DNA from: Octopus sinensis
Lineage: Eukaryota
NCBI RefSeq assembly: GCF_006345805.1
Contig: NC_043002.1
Coordinates: 36,704,001 to 36,768,000 of the forward strand
Length of the DNA: 64,000 nucleotides
Reading direction: 5' to 3'
Part shown: positions 12,112 through 25,584 of the stretch, in pieces
Layout of the letters: each line of letters begins with the position of its first letter
Position numbering within the stretch: position 1 is the stretch's first letter
Translations under genes and position numbers: made by a program
The notes under the pieces: generated by a model
The model's input: only the letters and a program-made list of their open reading frames with translations
Databases searched by the model: none
What the model was told of the DNA's origin: nothing

Positions 12112-12510
12112 CAAAGGCAGCGAGCTGGTAGACATTCTGAGTTCAAATTCTGTTGAGGTCGACTTTGCCTCTTATCCTTTCAGGATCTATAAATTAAGTA
12201 CCAGTGAAATACTAGGGTCGATGTAATTGACTGGTCCCTTCCTGCCAAATTTCCGGCCTTGTGCCTTTAGTAGAAAGGATTATTATTGTTAAGGTAGCAA
12301 GCTGGCAGAATTGTTAGCACATCAGATAAAAATATTTAGCAGCATTTTGTCTGTGTATATGTTCTGAGTTCAAATTCAACTGAGGTCAACTTTACCTTTC
12401 ATCCTTTTTGGGTCGATAAAATGAGTAAGCAGAGGGGTCAATGTAATGGACTAGCCACCTCCCTCAAAATTTCAGGCTTTGTGCCTAGAGTAGAAAAGAT
12501 TATTATTGTT
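12112..12510 (+). mobile_element. Two head-to-tail copies of SINE family B (gagctggcagaa..ttctgagttcaaattc..gtcgataaa)
   Basis: Both copies end in (TTA)-rich tails. Related copies at about 13420-13612, 14100-14300, 37580-37780 (-), 40680-40920 (-) and 41530-41990 (-). Confidence 0.85.
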
Positions 12511-13633
12511 GTTGTTTTACTGCTGCTTAGCCCACATCCCTCCAGCTTGTCCTGATCTAACAGGCAGACCTATGATCAAAAGCCATGACTGTCCTATCCT
12601 TTTTTTTTCTGGTATAGTATACCTGGACCACAATATCCAACATGTGTTTCCTTGTTTGTAAGATGGTTGGGTGTAATTTGAGAGAGATTTACCTGGTATT
12701 TCTAGTAGACTGAGTAACCTTATACAAGCTCCTTCATTAGCTTAAGAAGTTTGCTGAGAGTAATGGAATTTGTTTGGTGTCATAAGACTTTTGCTTTTGA
12801 TTGTTAGTTTAGAAATGCTATGTTGATTTTCACCCTAACCCTTTGTCATGACATTTATGTATGTTGAAAGACTTCTGGTGTCAAACTTGACATTTTGTCA
12901 ATTATTAATTGAAAAATATGGTCTAATCTTTATGATGGATTAAAGTTTAAAGTCTAAAATTAAAAATTAAAAAATGTTTTATATTTCTTGGTGGTTAGGA
13001 ATAGATTACGTACTAGTTAATGAAGCTAAAATACAAACTCTTTCTCATTGCTTCTGGTAGAAGATATAAGCTAACTGCATATTAGCTAATATTAAGTGGA
13101 TATTAGATATATCAAGTGGAAATTAATTAGAATTAGGGTATCATTCAGGAAACAGAACATAGCTTCAGGAAGACACAGACAGATGCTTTAAATATATACA
13201 AAAGATAGAAAAAGAATCTCAAATTTATTTCACCATAATTATATGGACATGATCAGGCAGCAATTTTCAACATGTGGCAAGTATTCTTGAAGCACACGTT
13301 ATTTTTATAAGGTAAATACTCCTTAAAACGTTTTGCACTCTGTCTTTAAATGAAACTGGTGGTTGTTTCTCAACTAAGCTGACATTCCTCATCCAGGAGG
13401 GCAATGAATTAGCAGAATTAGAAAAGCTTTGAACAAAATGTCTTGCAGTATTTTCTTGAGATTCTTACATTCTGAGTTCAAGCCCACCAAGGTCACCTTT
13501 GTCTTTCTCCATTTCGAGGTTAATAAAATAAGTACCAGTTGAGTACTGGGGTTGATATAATTGGCTTCCTCCTCCCTCCAAAGTTGTTGGCCCTGTACCA
13601 AAATTAGGAAAATTATTATTATTATTATTATCA

Positions 13634-14057
13634 TTGCCCTTGCACAGCTTCTAACACTGGAGATGTACTACAGTGTCAGCTGTTCACTACCAGTGAGCTA
13701 AGGTAACACCTCTTATTTTTCGTGCACCTTCCAGAGCATTCGAGCGGTTCCAAGCAGTGTTGTTTACTGCAAGTGCTCCACCCTTATTGCAGCCCCTATT
13801 TGTTCCACATATTTCTCGAGATTTTTGCTCACTGTTCCCAGGGCTCCGACAATTATTGGTACTACTGCTATCTTTTCCATCAACCACAACTGCTTAACTT
13901 CCCAAGCTAACCTGTCATATATCTCCACTTTTCTTTCTTCCTTATTGCATACCTTGTTGTCAGCTGGGCATGCTATATCTATGATCCAGCATAGTTTGTT
14001 TTCTTTCTCAATTAAGACTATGTTGGGCTTTCTTTCTCAATTAAGACTATGTCTGGC

Positions 14058-14058
<1 letters not shown>
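13634..14058 (-). mobile_element. R4/Dong-clade non-LTR retrotransposon 3' fragment (restriction-like endonuclease), flanked by (TAA)n
   Basis: Hand translation: KPNIVLIEKENKLCWIIDIACPADNKVCNKEERKVEIYDRLAWEVKQLW..VVPIIVGALG..LQ*TTLLGTARML. (TTA)n on both sides. Confidence 0.8.
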
Positions 14059-14090
<32 letters not shown>

Positions 14091-15677
14091 CATTATTATT
14101 AACAAGTAGTGATATTGCAGAATCTTTAGGGTAATGGCAAAAATGCTTAGCTCTTAGCATTCTGAGTTCAGATTTTCCTGGGGTCAATTTCCTTTTCATC
14201 CTTCCAGGATAAAATAAAGAACCAGTCAAGTAGAGGGGTCGATGGTTTCACCCCACTCCTCAAAATTGTTGCTCTTGTGCCAAAATCAGAAACCTTTATT
14301 ATTGTTGTTGTTGCTTTTTTTGTGTGTTTTCAATAGTTTCATGCAAGTCTTTACAGTACTACCAAGAGTATTTCTCTATCTTTGAGATATATACACCACA
14401 CATCTTCAGTCTTTGTAGTTAAGATATGCCTTAAAGACATATCTTAACTTCAGGATGGTTGGTTTGGAATCAACTGGATAGCCTAGTTATCCTGTCTAGA
14501 TATTTCTTTTCATGTAAATTCCATTTTATAACATATCAACTATGGTTTATAATTGAGATGGGTAGTGTATTTATACTGATTGTTTTATTTCTAGTATTGA
14601 ATTCAGTTTGTAATATTAATATGACTCTTCTGTAGTACTCTCATAGTCCTGAGTATGACTTTAATATACACCCAGTGTAGAGACTTTGGGAGTTCCAGGG
14701 TTTTGAGGAGTGTGGAACGATCTCTTGATCACTGTTGTTTCCAGGTCTACTCTGTCCCAGAAGAGTAGCATTTGTCAGAGTCTCAACCATGGGTTAAATA
14801 GCATGTAACCACCTGAGTCATAGTATGTTGAAATCATGGGATGCAGCTTTGTGTATGCGAACTATTCCAGCAAATAAATTTATCGAACCTATTGAACTAA
14901 ATGCTGAGTAGATGAACAGACAACAAGCTATCAATGGCGGGAACCAACCAGTTCAGTTAGCAAACCACTGCTATCATCTGCAGTCATAGCATGTATAGAA
15001 GAGATATTTCAGCTGGTGGAAGTCCAATGTAACTAAAACCCTGGCCAGACGTTTATGCTACAGTGCTTAATTGGGACATCTAACATGAAAGAGTTGCACT
15101 GATCCAAGCAAGTCAGCCAGTCAGATGATATATGATAATGTAGTAGTCTTATCTAACTTGCTCTTATTTTGCAAGTTTATATTATCAGCTTCATTACTCT
15201 GAAGTATTGTGTAAGTAGTTTTGTTCTAATTTTATCCTTTCCATTTCTAAATCTAATTGAATGTTTTCAATTTTAATTGATGTCCCTCTTTTCAGCTCTG
15301 GATAATTTGTCTAATCCAATACTAATTTTGATATTACAGCCTAATTCATGCACAGTTCTTAATAAGTTCTCCAGTGGGACATTATCACTTCCAAGTAGGT
15401 GTATATCATTAATATAGAGGAGATGATTTATTATATATACTCATGAAGCTGACAGAAGTGTTGAAAAAATATGCTTTGTGGCATTCATTGTGGCTCTTAA
15501 CATCCTGAATTCAAATGCTGCTAAGGTCTGCTTTTCATCCTTTCAAGAGTAATAAAATAAAGTACTAGCCAAGTACTAGTATCTATGGTATTGATTAAGC
15601 CTGCTCCCTTCCAAATTCCTATGGTCTGGGAAGACTGGAAACAAACAACATCATTTGCAATCATCATATGATATCAA

Positions 15678-15887
15678 AACACAAACACACATTCACACAT
15701 ACATACTCATATAGATAGATATGTATACAACAGATTTCTTTCCGTTTCTGCCTACCATATCCACTCTCAAAGTTTTGGTTGGTTCAGGGCTAAAGAAGAA
15801 GACACCCAGGGTGCTATACAGTGGGACTGAACCCAAGATCACACAGTTGGGAAGCAATTTATTAACCACACAGCTATGCCTGCACCT
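15678..15887 (-). mobile_element. SINE family A 5' half
   Basis: Same motifs as 4807-5186. Confidence 0.75.
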
Positions 15888-17667
15888 CATTCCAGAGAAA
15901 TTTTACTACTATTTCTTCTAGGTCCAGAAATAGCACTAAAATTGGCTAGTTTGGATATGATTTACAATGTTTTTGTACGTAGTAACTGGTACTGTTATGT
16001 ATGTCTCTGCTGATTTAACAGCTATGTGAGTGTTGTTAACTCTCTAGCTTGCCAAATCAATAGTTTTCTCTGGATTTGTAATGTGATGTTCAGATGAAAT
16101 TATATCAACTGATACATCCAGATTGCTACAGTGAGGTACTAAATACTATTTAATTTCACTTATATCTTCAGTAATTTTATTTGTCAAAATTTAAATCATA
16201 ATCATTTCAGGGTGCAATGAAAGAATTTGCCTGAAAGCAGATTTCAGAATTACACTATGGACAAAACTTTAATAAGAAAGAGTCAGGAATCGAGTTATTA
16301 ACGAGTTGCAATAATATAATCACAGACAATGGACATTGTAACATCAACATTAAGGAGAAGATTGCCTAAAGTATTATGATTTATATATTAGAACTATGAT
16401 AAATACAAACAGTTTTGTCTTCAACCTTTTAATTGTGGTGAAACTGTGTTAATCAAGTTTCAAAATGTGAATGATTTCAACTAAATTTGACCCCAAAGTA
16501 ATGTAAAAGGCAAAATAAAAGAGGGTCATAGGAAAAATAGAGTTTAAAATTGTTCTGTGATTTTCTTTGTAAATTTGTTTTAGTTCCTTACAATCTACTT
16601 AAGCTGTTTGGCAAATGGCAAACATTAAATTTTACAAATTCCTATGCAGTAATTAAAACAATTTTATATTAAGCAGACATTTGGACTAAATATCAAACAG
16701 AATAGTATTTCAGTTTGTAGCTTATTTTTCTCCACAGGTATTCCAGGAACACTTTAGCAATTAATTTGATGTAGTCCGATGTTCTTAATACTTAAACAAA
16801 GAACTACTGCTACTATTACTACTACTACTACTACAGCCACGACTAAAACAACATTTACCACTACTATTACCATTATTATCTATTCTTTCTTCTCACCTTT
16901 AATGTTTAATTTTTCTTCATGTCTGCATGAGTTAGAAAGGTTTCTCTGAGTGATAGTCATCTCAATTATGAAATATATTGATCTGTAGTAATCTTTTGCA
17001 TACATGTGTACAACAGGAGCAAAATGTTTACAAATATATAGGGTGCCCCAAATTCACATATATAATATCATATAAATTATTTAATATTTCAATAATTCTC
17101 TTCTCAGATAATAAATTGTAGAATTTTCGCAAACAGAAAAAAATGTAAGAAAAAATTATAAACTTAAAATAAAAAATGAAATGAAAATTTAATGAAATTT
17201 TCTTACATTGTAATTAACTAAAAAACAAATAAATTACAGAAAAAATGTAAAAAAATCACTAGAGGAACTTGTTAATTATTTCACTCTGCCATCTCTCTGG
17301 AATCAAATAAAAGAATCGACTGAAACATCAAGCAAAGATTCAGTGGATATTCCCATCACATATTTACTCTCAAAAGAGATTAGAAACTTGATAAATGTTT
17401 AACATTTCAGCAATATCTGCCATAGGATGAGCAATGAACATCAAATATAAATTACTTTATGTTATCCCAATCTCTCTTTCTCTCTCTCTCACTCTGTTTT
17501 TCTTCCTTTTCCTTTTACATGCTTCTAGAATTAGAATATGGATTATAAAAACATAATTCTCCCCCTCCTCTACACTGAAGTTGTGATAACAATAAACAAG
17601 GTATTAAAATATTTGCCCAAAGTGTGAATTATTTATGACCTGAAAATAAAACATTGAGTAATCTTAC

Positions 17668-17757
17668 CTGAAGATCCACACCGACAGCGTCTAAGCCTGT
17701 GTACATAATGCTAACCCAGCCATCTTTTGAGGCCAGGACAAACAAAGCCATCAAAGC
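17668..17757 (-). CDS. Cav3: Cav3 exon, domain III pore ([30 protein letters not shown])
   Basis: tttag|GCT ... CAG|gtaaga, 90 nt. SKDGW puts Asp at the filter position (EEDD, T-type), unlike the Glu of Cav1/2 or the Lys of Nav. Confidence 0.98.
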
Positions 17758-18791
17758 CTAAAGATAAAAATCAACAGTGTAAAAATTAAAACTGTTTACA
17801 AAAAATAAAAAAATAAATAATAAAACAAAAACATTGAAACACAGACACATCAAAAGTAATGTTGTTAAAAATAACAAAAAACAAAACAAACCAAAAAAAA
17901 AAACTACTGTTTGAACAGAAGCGTGAAAGTACAAACATAAATAATATGTGTGTATGTGCAAATGAGAGTGTATATGTAAGTGTTTGCGAATATGGTGTTA
18001 TGAGGTTGCGTATGTGGAAGCATACATGATTTATACATTGATCTGGAGTAGTTGCGTATTTATGTATACACTCAGGCATGTGTTGATAATAATATGCATA
18101 AAACAATCATAATCAAACAGAAACATACTGAAAACGAAACAGAGTTCATTTTTTTTTTTTTTTGCTCTATGGCAAATGGCAATAACTCACATGATAGATT
18201 TTGACAAATTGCATAAAACTGATGGCATGAACATACATATTTTGTAACATTGCTTATCAGTGTGACGTTGTATGGTTTACTGAATTCTTTGATATGATGT
18301 TAAACTGCAAAAAAAAAAAAAACCCCAAAAAAACCAGCAACAAATTTAACTGTACTTACTGACATGCAAATCTAACATATCACAGTGACTTTAGTGTAGG
18401 TCATCCTAATAAGTTTAATGCTGCCTTTAATGAATATTAATAGGATGCTAATCATTTACATGTCATCATCGTCACACTCATCATCAATGTCATCCTCCTC
18501 ATGATCATCGTTATCATAATTGTTGTTAGAATTATCATCATCATTGTCATTATTGTTTTAATGTCCACTTTTCCATGCTTTTATGGGTTGGATGGAATTT
18601 ATTTATTAAGGCAGATCTTCTACAGCAGGATTCTTTTCCTGTCACCAACTCACCTGTTTCCAGGTAAATCGCTGGACCTGTTTTTACAGGAAATTGGAAA
18701 TGATTGATACCACTTGTATGGCTGCGACTCCCATTTACAACTAACTAGCATGTGATGTCAAAACAAGGGAACACTAACTCACATGCGCACT

Positions 18792-18842
<51 letters not shown>

Positions 18843-18865
18843 CTCATATATATATGTACATGTAT

Positions 18866-19230
18866 GTAAAAGCACCGTCCGCTCGTGGCCGTTTGCCAGC
18901 TCTGTCTGGCAACCGTGTCGGTGGCACATAAAAACACCATCCGTTTGTGTCCGTTGCCAGCATCGCCTGGCCCCGTGCTGGTGACACGTAAAAGCACCAT
19001 CCGTTCATGGCCGTTCGCCAGCTCTGTCTGGCACCTGTGCAGGTGGCACGTAAAAAACACCCACTACACTCGCGGAGTGGTTGGCGTTAGGAAGGGCATC
19101 CAGCCGTAGAAACACTGCCAGATCTGACTGGGCCTGACGAAGCCTTCCAGCTTCACAGACCCCAGTTGACCCGTCCAACCCATGCTAGCATGGAAAACGG
19201 ACGCTAAACGATGATGATGATGATGATGAT
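18866..19230 (+). mobile_element. RTE 3'-end / non-autonomous RTE-tail element with internal tandem repeats and (GAT)n tail
   Basis: Shares its sequence (gtggttggcgttaggaagggcatccagc...catggaaaacggacgctaaacgatgatg) with the 3' UTR of the adjacent RTE at about 20760-20994. Confidence 0.85.
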
Positions 19231-19246
19231 ATATATATATATATGC

Positions 19247-20994
19247 AATACCTAGCCAAAGATAAAACTCTGTACCTGGCTTTCGTTGACTTGGAGAAAG
19301 CCTTTGACAGGCTCCCCTGATCCCTTATCCGGTGGTCAATGAGGAAACTAGGGATAGATGAATGGTTAGTGAGAGTTGTGCGTGCCATGTACAGGGACGC
19401 TGTTAGTAAGGTGAGGGTTGGCAATGAATACAGTGAAGAATTCTGGGTAGAGGTTGGGGGTCTACCAAGGCTCAGTCCTCAGCCCCCTCCTATTTATCAT
19501 AGTCCTCCAGGCAATAACGGAGGAATTCAAGACAGGATGCCCCTGGGAGCTCCTCTATGCTGATGACATTGCCCTAATTGCTGAATCACTATCAGAACTG
19601 GAGGAGAAGTTTCAGACGTGGAAGCAAGGATTAGAATCGAAGGGCCTTAGAGTCAACCTAGCTAAAACCAAAGTCCTAATAAGTAGGAAGGTAGACAAAT
19701 CTCAAACGCCTTCAGGTAGATGGCCCTGTTCGATCTGTAGAAAAGGCGTAGGTAGGAACTCTATAAGATGCACCAAGTGTAAGCTATGGACACATAAGAT
19801 GTGCAGCAATGTCAAAGGAAGGCTAATTAGGAATATAGTTTTTGTATGTGGCAGATGCTCAGGAGCAATAAACACTGAAAATGTACAGAGACCATCTTCT
19901 GCCACATTCCAGGAAGAAAAACTAGAAATAGTTGATCGTTTCCATTACCTAGGTGATCAAGTCAGTAGCGGGGTCGGGTGTGCCGAAAGTGTAATTCCTA
20001 GAGTTAGAATAGCCTGGGAAAAGTTCAGAGAGCTCTTACCTCTGCTGGTGACAAAAGGCCTCTCGCTCAGAGTAAAAGGCAGACTGTATGACGCATGTGT
20101 ACGAACAGCCATGCTATATGGCAGTGAAACATGGGCCGTGACTGCTGAGGATATGCGTAAGCTTGCAAGAAATGAAGCCAGTATGCTCCGATGGATGTGT
20201 AATGTCAGTGTTCATACCCGACAGAGTGTAAGTGCCTTGAGAGAAAAGTTGGACCTAAGAAGCATCAGATGTGGTGTGCAAAAGAGACGTCTATGCTGGT
20301 AAGAATGGATGAAGATAGTTGTGTGAAAAAGTGCCACACCCTAGCGGTTGAGGGAACCTGTGGAAGAGGTAGACCCAGGAAAACCTGGGACGAGGTGGTA
20401 AAGCACGACCTTCGCTCTTTAGGTCTCACCGAGGAAATGACCAGAGACTGAGACCTTTGGAAGTATGCTGTGCGTGAGTAGACCCGGCAGGACAAGTGAG
20501 GCCATAACCTGTGGTCCCTACCTGGGACGTAGTCAGTCCACAGGTGCATACCTTCCTTCTTGGGACACATAACTCTACTTGTGAAGATCTGTTGAGGCAA
20601 GTTAGAATCCAAAAATCAATCAAAATCGAAATCGATCAACATCAATGGAATTTGTAGTTGTAGTACCAGTGCTGGTGGCACATAAGAGAACCATCCAAAC
20701 GTGGCCGTAGCCAGCACCGCATCGACTGGCCTCTGTGCTGGTGGCACGAAACAAACACCATCCGATCATGGATGTTGCCAGCCTCGCCTAGCACCTGTGT
20801 CGGTGGCACATAAAAAGCACCCACTATACTCACGGAGTGGTTGGCATTAGGAAGGGCATTCAGCTGTAGAAACACTGCCACATCTGACTGGCCTGGTGCA
20901 GCCTTTGGGCTTCCCAGACCCCAGTTGAACTCTCCAACCCATTCTAGCATGGAAAGCGGACGTTAAACGACGATGATGATGATGATGATGATGA
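19247..20994 (+). mobile_element. 5'-truncated, inactivated RTE-clade LINE (RT C-terminal half, 3' UTR, (GAT)n tail)
   Basis: Motifs LAFVDLEKAFD, QGSVLSPLLF, YADD, YLG and LYGSETW. In-frame TGA at 19318-19320, frameshifts near 19454 and about 20295, (GAT)n tail at about 20968-20994. Confidence 0.95.
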
Positions 20995-21024
20995 TATATA
21001 TTTATAAAATGACCATCTCGAAAT

Positions 21025-21930
<906 letters not shown>

Positions 21931-21983
21931 TTATTTCAACACACAATTTCACACCAGGAATCTTGTAACACAAACTGATAAAC

Positions 21984-22022
<39 letters not shown>

Positions 22023-22059
22023 TTGGAAAATTCTTGCATTTTAGCAGGGATTTTATATC

Positions 22060-22535
22060 AAATTTTGGGCAGATTTCTGATTTAAGTACCCCATGTAATG
22101 ATTATAACTCCTCAACTTTTTAATTTTTGGGAATTCACAGAAAAGTTTTGTGAATTTGTGTTGTTCAATACACAGGAATTCATACGATAATGTAGAAAAA
22201 AAGAATTTTTTGGTGCGTGATTTAAGGGCTGTTATTTTTAGCATATCTTACAACCACCTCATACCCTCCTTGTTTGTTTGTAAGTCTGATGTAGTGATGT
22301 TTTTCAATATCTTTCCCCCCATAAACACATTTAATGGTCTACTGCTGGGATTGAAGCCAAAAATTTGGACTGTCTGTATTTCAAACTGAATTAAATAAAA
22401 AAAAAATTTGAAAAATTAAAAAAAATTTCTTTCCATAGTTGTGTGAATTCCCATGTGTAAAATACAAATTAACAAAAATCTTTTGAAAATTCCAAAAAAT
22501 ACGGGGTACTTAAAGCAGAATTCTGCCAAATTTTG
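22060..22535. mobile_element. MITE-like element with long imperfect TIRs
   Basis: aaattttgggcagatttctgatttaagtacccc (about 22060) pairs with ggggtacttaaagcagaattctgccaaatttt (about 22503). Further pairing continues inward. Confidence 0.75.
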
Positions 22536-22924
22536 TTTCCCTTTATTGTAACAAATTATTTGATTCTATCTTGTATATTTTATTAAACTAATTTTTACTG
22601 ATGCTGGCTAACACTCTTTTGCCCAGATTCTAGTGTCTTACTTGATACATACAGACCAACTGTATGGATGCCATAATCATTGGAAATATTTTCCGTTTAA
22701 TTTAATTTAATTAGTCCCATAGCTGGGAGATGACAACAATGTTTGAACTCAATATAGGTGATCTACCTTTAAGTCATTGCCCAAGTAACTAACAAAGTTT
22801 AAGATGAATTTAAAGTTATGTAACATATACAGTCAATTTGATGCTTCACTGAGCTATGAAGAAATTCATTCAGTGGTATGTCATCTCAGATTTATAAGAA
22901 TGAAAATTTGTGATGGCTATTATA

Positions 22925-23195
22925 AGTGAAGCAGTTTAGTAGGTAAAAAAGTTAATTCCCAAGTCGTACAGACTCATAAGGCCGGTTTCCCTGTGTTCAT
23001 GGCATATATATTCCCCACCTGGATGGGTGCCAGTCCATTGCAGGTTTACTCACTTTTGCCAGCTGAGTGGACTGGAGTAACGTGAAATGAAGTGTTTTGC
23101 TCAAGAACATGACACATTGCTTGGTCTCGGAATTGAAACCACAATCTTACAATCATGAGTCCAATACCTTAACCACTAAGCCATGCACTTCCACT
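22925..23195 (-). mobile_element. SINE family C
   Basis: Shares core and tRNA-like head with 8602-8906. Confidence 0.75.
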
Positions 23196-23530
23196 ACAAG
23201 TGAAGCAAGTACATTGAAAATAATGTTGTGAACTAATTCCTTCATGGATTTATCTTTGTTCAGTAACAGTCTTTTACAGTACTCCTCTTATGGACTCAAA
23301 TAGTAAATAAGTCTTAGCAATATAAGTAAATTTTCAAAAATAATAATTGTTGTTGTTATTTAGTCCTGAGTCAGCTTTGATCAAGCAAAAAGACAGTGCT
23401 CCAGCATGGCCACAGTCAAATGACTAAAACAAGTAAAAAAAATAAAAGAATAAAAGTATTCCAGCTATGATTGTCTCATCACATATTTTTAAATAGTGTA
23501 CCTAGGACTGTGAGAGAAAATATATACTTA

Positions 23531-23739
23531 TCTTTATTTTTTTACTTGCTTCAGTCATTTGTTCCCCTAAAACCTTTGAAGGTTTTAGGGGAACAAATCA
23601 GCCCCAGTAATTATTTTTCTTTTAAAGTTTGATACTTATTCTCTTAGTATCTCTTGCTGAACTGCTATGTTATGGGGGGAATAAACAAACCAACACTGGT
23701 TGTCAAGTGATGGTGGGGACAAACACAAAAACACGCATG

Positions 23740-23780
<41 letters not shown>

Positions 23781-23976
23781 CATACATACATATATACATG
23801 CACATATATATATTCAACAGGCTTCCTTAGTTTCCATCGACCAAATCCACTCACAAGGTTTTGGCTGGCCTAGGGCTATAGCAGACACTTGTTGAAGGTG
23901 TCATGCAGTAGAACTGAACCTGGAATCATGTGGCTGGGAAGGAAACTTCTTACCACACAGCCACATATGTACCTAT
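23531..23976 (-). mobile_element. SINE family A with internal (CA)n
   Basis: Same motifs as 4807-5186. Confidence 0.85.
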
Positions 23977-24280
23977 GAACCATGCATAATGAACTAAAAA
24001 TTATTTTCATTAAAATTTTATCTTTCTTTTCACAAATTAATTATTAGCTTTAATGATTAATTCTTGATAAGAAAGGCCAAAGGAGATAATTTTGAAATTT
24101 GAATTAGGGGTTGTGATGGAGCCTAAGTTTGCTACAGTATAATTTAAGGGAGAATATATTTATCACAATTCAATTACATAAGGGTTTCCTAGGCTTGACG
24201 AATCTCTGTCTCATTGATTCATCAGAAATGATTTGGTGAGTTAGTTTTATGGATTAGAAATTTATCATTTCAGCACTAAC

Positions 24281-24409
24281 CTGGCCTAAGTTATCAAAGT
24301 TGTACTTTTGGTTGCGCCAACGGTTTCTAGGATCTTTCATGCAGTCCGTTTTGTTGGTAACATTCTGGACGTATGGGCCATGACAATAGTGAAATGTTCC
24401 CTTAAAAAG
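24281..24409 (-). CDS. Cav3: Cav3 exon, domain III turret (LFKGTFHYCHGPYVQNVTNKTDCMKDPRNRWRNQKYNFDNLGQ)
   Basis: tttttgcag|CTT ... CAG|gttagt, 129 nt. LFKG...C...C...KYNFDNLGQ pattern. Confidence 0.98.
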
Positions 24410-25548
24410 CTGCAAAAAGAAAGGAAAATTATAATAAAAAGATCAAATAAATAAGTAAACATGCACACACAAAAAAAAGCTAAGTTAACTAAATACACAT
24501 ATACATAGGCATTTGAAATCTGTTACTTCTGTTAAAACATCATCATAATCACTTTTACATCCACTTTTTTATGCCTGCATGGTTTGGATGGAATTTGTTA
24601 TTTGTCAAGGCAGATTTTTTTCTATGGCCAGATGTTTCTTAATACGTTAAAACAGATTTTTCTATGGATAGACAATTGTTAATTTTCTTATTAACTGGAG
24701 ATAAAAAAAATACTATTACACTTAAAATGGCAAATAAAAAAATTAATGGGACATTTCATATATGAAGAGCAATGTTTTAAAGTAAAAAAAAAGCAATAAT
24801 GTTAAAAATTTAGGAAAGTATAAAAAACTATTCTTCAGGAGCATGGCATTTTATTTCATGTTGCTTCAGTAAACTCATTTGAAAATGAATACCAATGCAA
24901 CTGTAGGGTATCTGAGCCAGCTCAAATTCAATTTTATTTTCTTTATTTGAACAATCAAAAGATCATGTCTTACTCCTGTATTACATTTTTAGATTGGTTT
25001 TGTATGACTAGATACCCTTGCAAACACTCTCCTGGATGTGCTATGGATATTTTACTGCGATACCAACTCTAGAAAAGTTTCTTTGTCCTCAAAACCGGAT
25101 ATTGTCTCTTTTCATTCCTCAATAACTTTACAGATTGCACTGAATACATTTTATTGTGGCACCAGCACTAAAGCAGTCTCCTTGTTCTCTTTACCCTATT
25201 CTGTCTATACTGGATGTATTCTATTGTGGCGCTAGTACTAGAGAGGTTGTTTTGCTGCCTGGAGAACTTGAGAGTCTTCATTAATTTATGTTGTCACTTG
25301 AAGCTCCCTGAATTGTAACACTGGCCTCCCTATTGGTAACTATTTAAAGGACTGAATAATTTAAGGGGCTGAATAACATGAAACTCTGAGTTATGATTCA
25401 AGAAGCTTCTGCTTCAAATAATACACATTTTATGTAATCAAAACTTTTCTCCTTTTGCAAATACAAACATTCATCAATTGATATATATATATATCATCAT
25501 CATCATCATCGTCATCATCTAATATTCATTTTCCATGCTCATGCTGGC

Positions 25549-25584
<36 letters not shown>

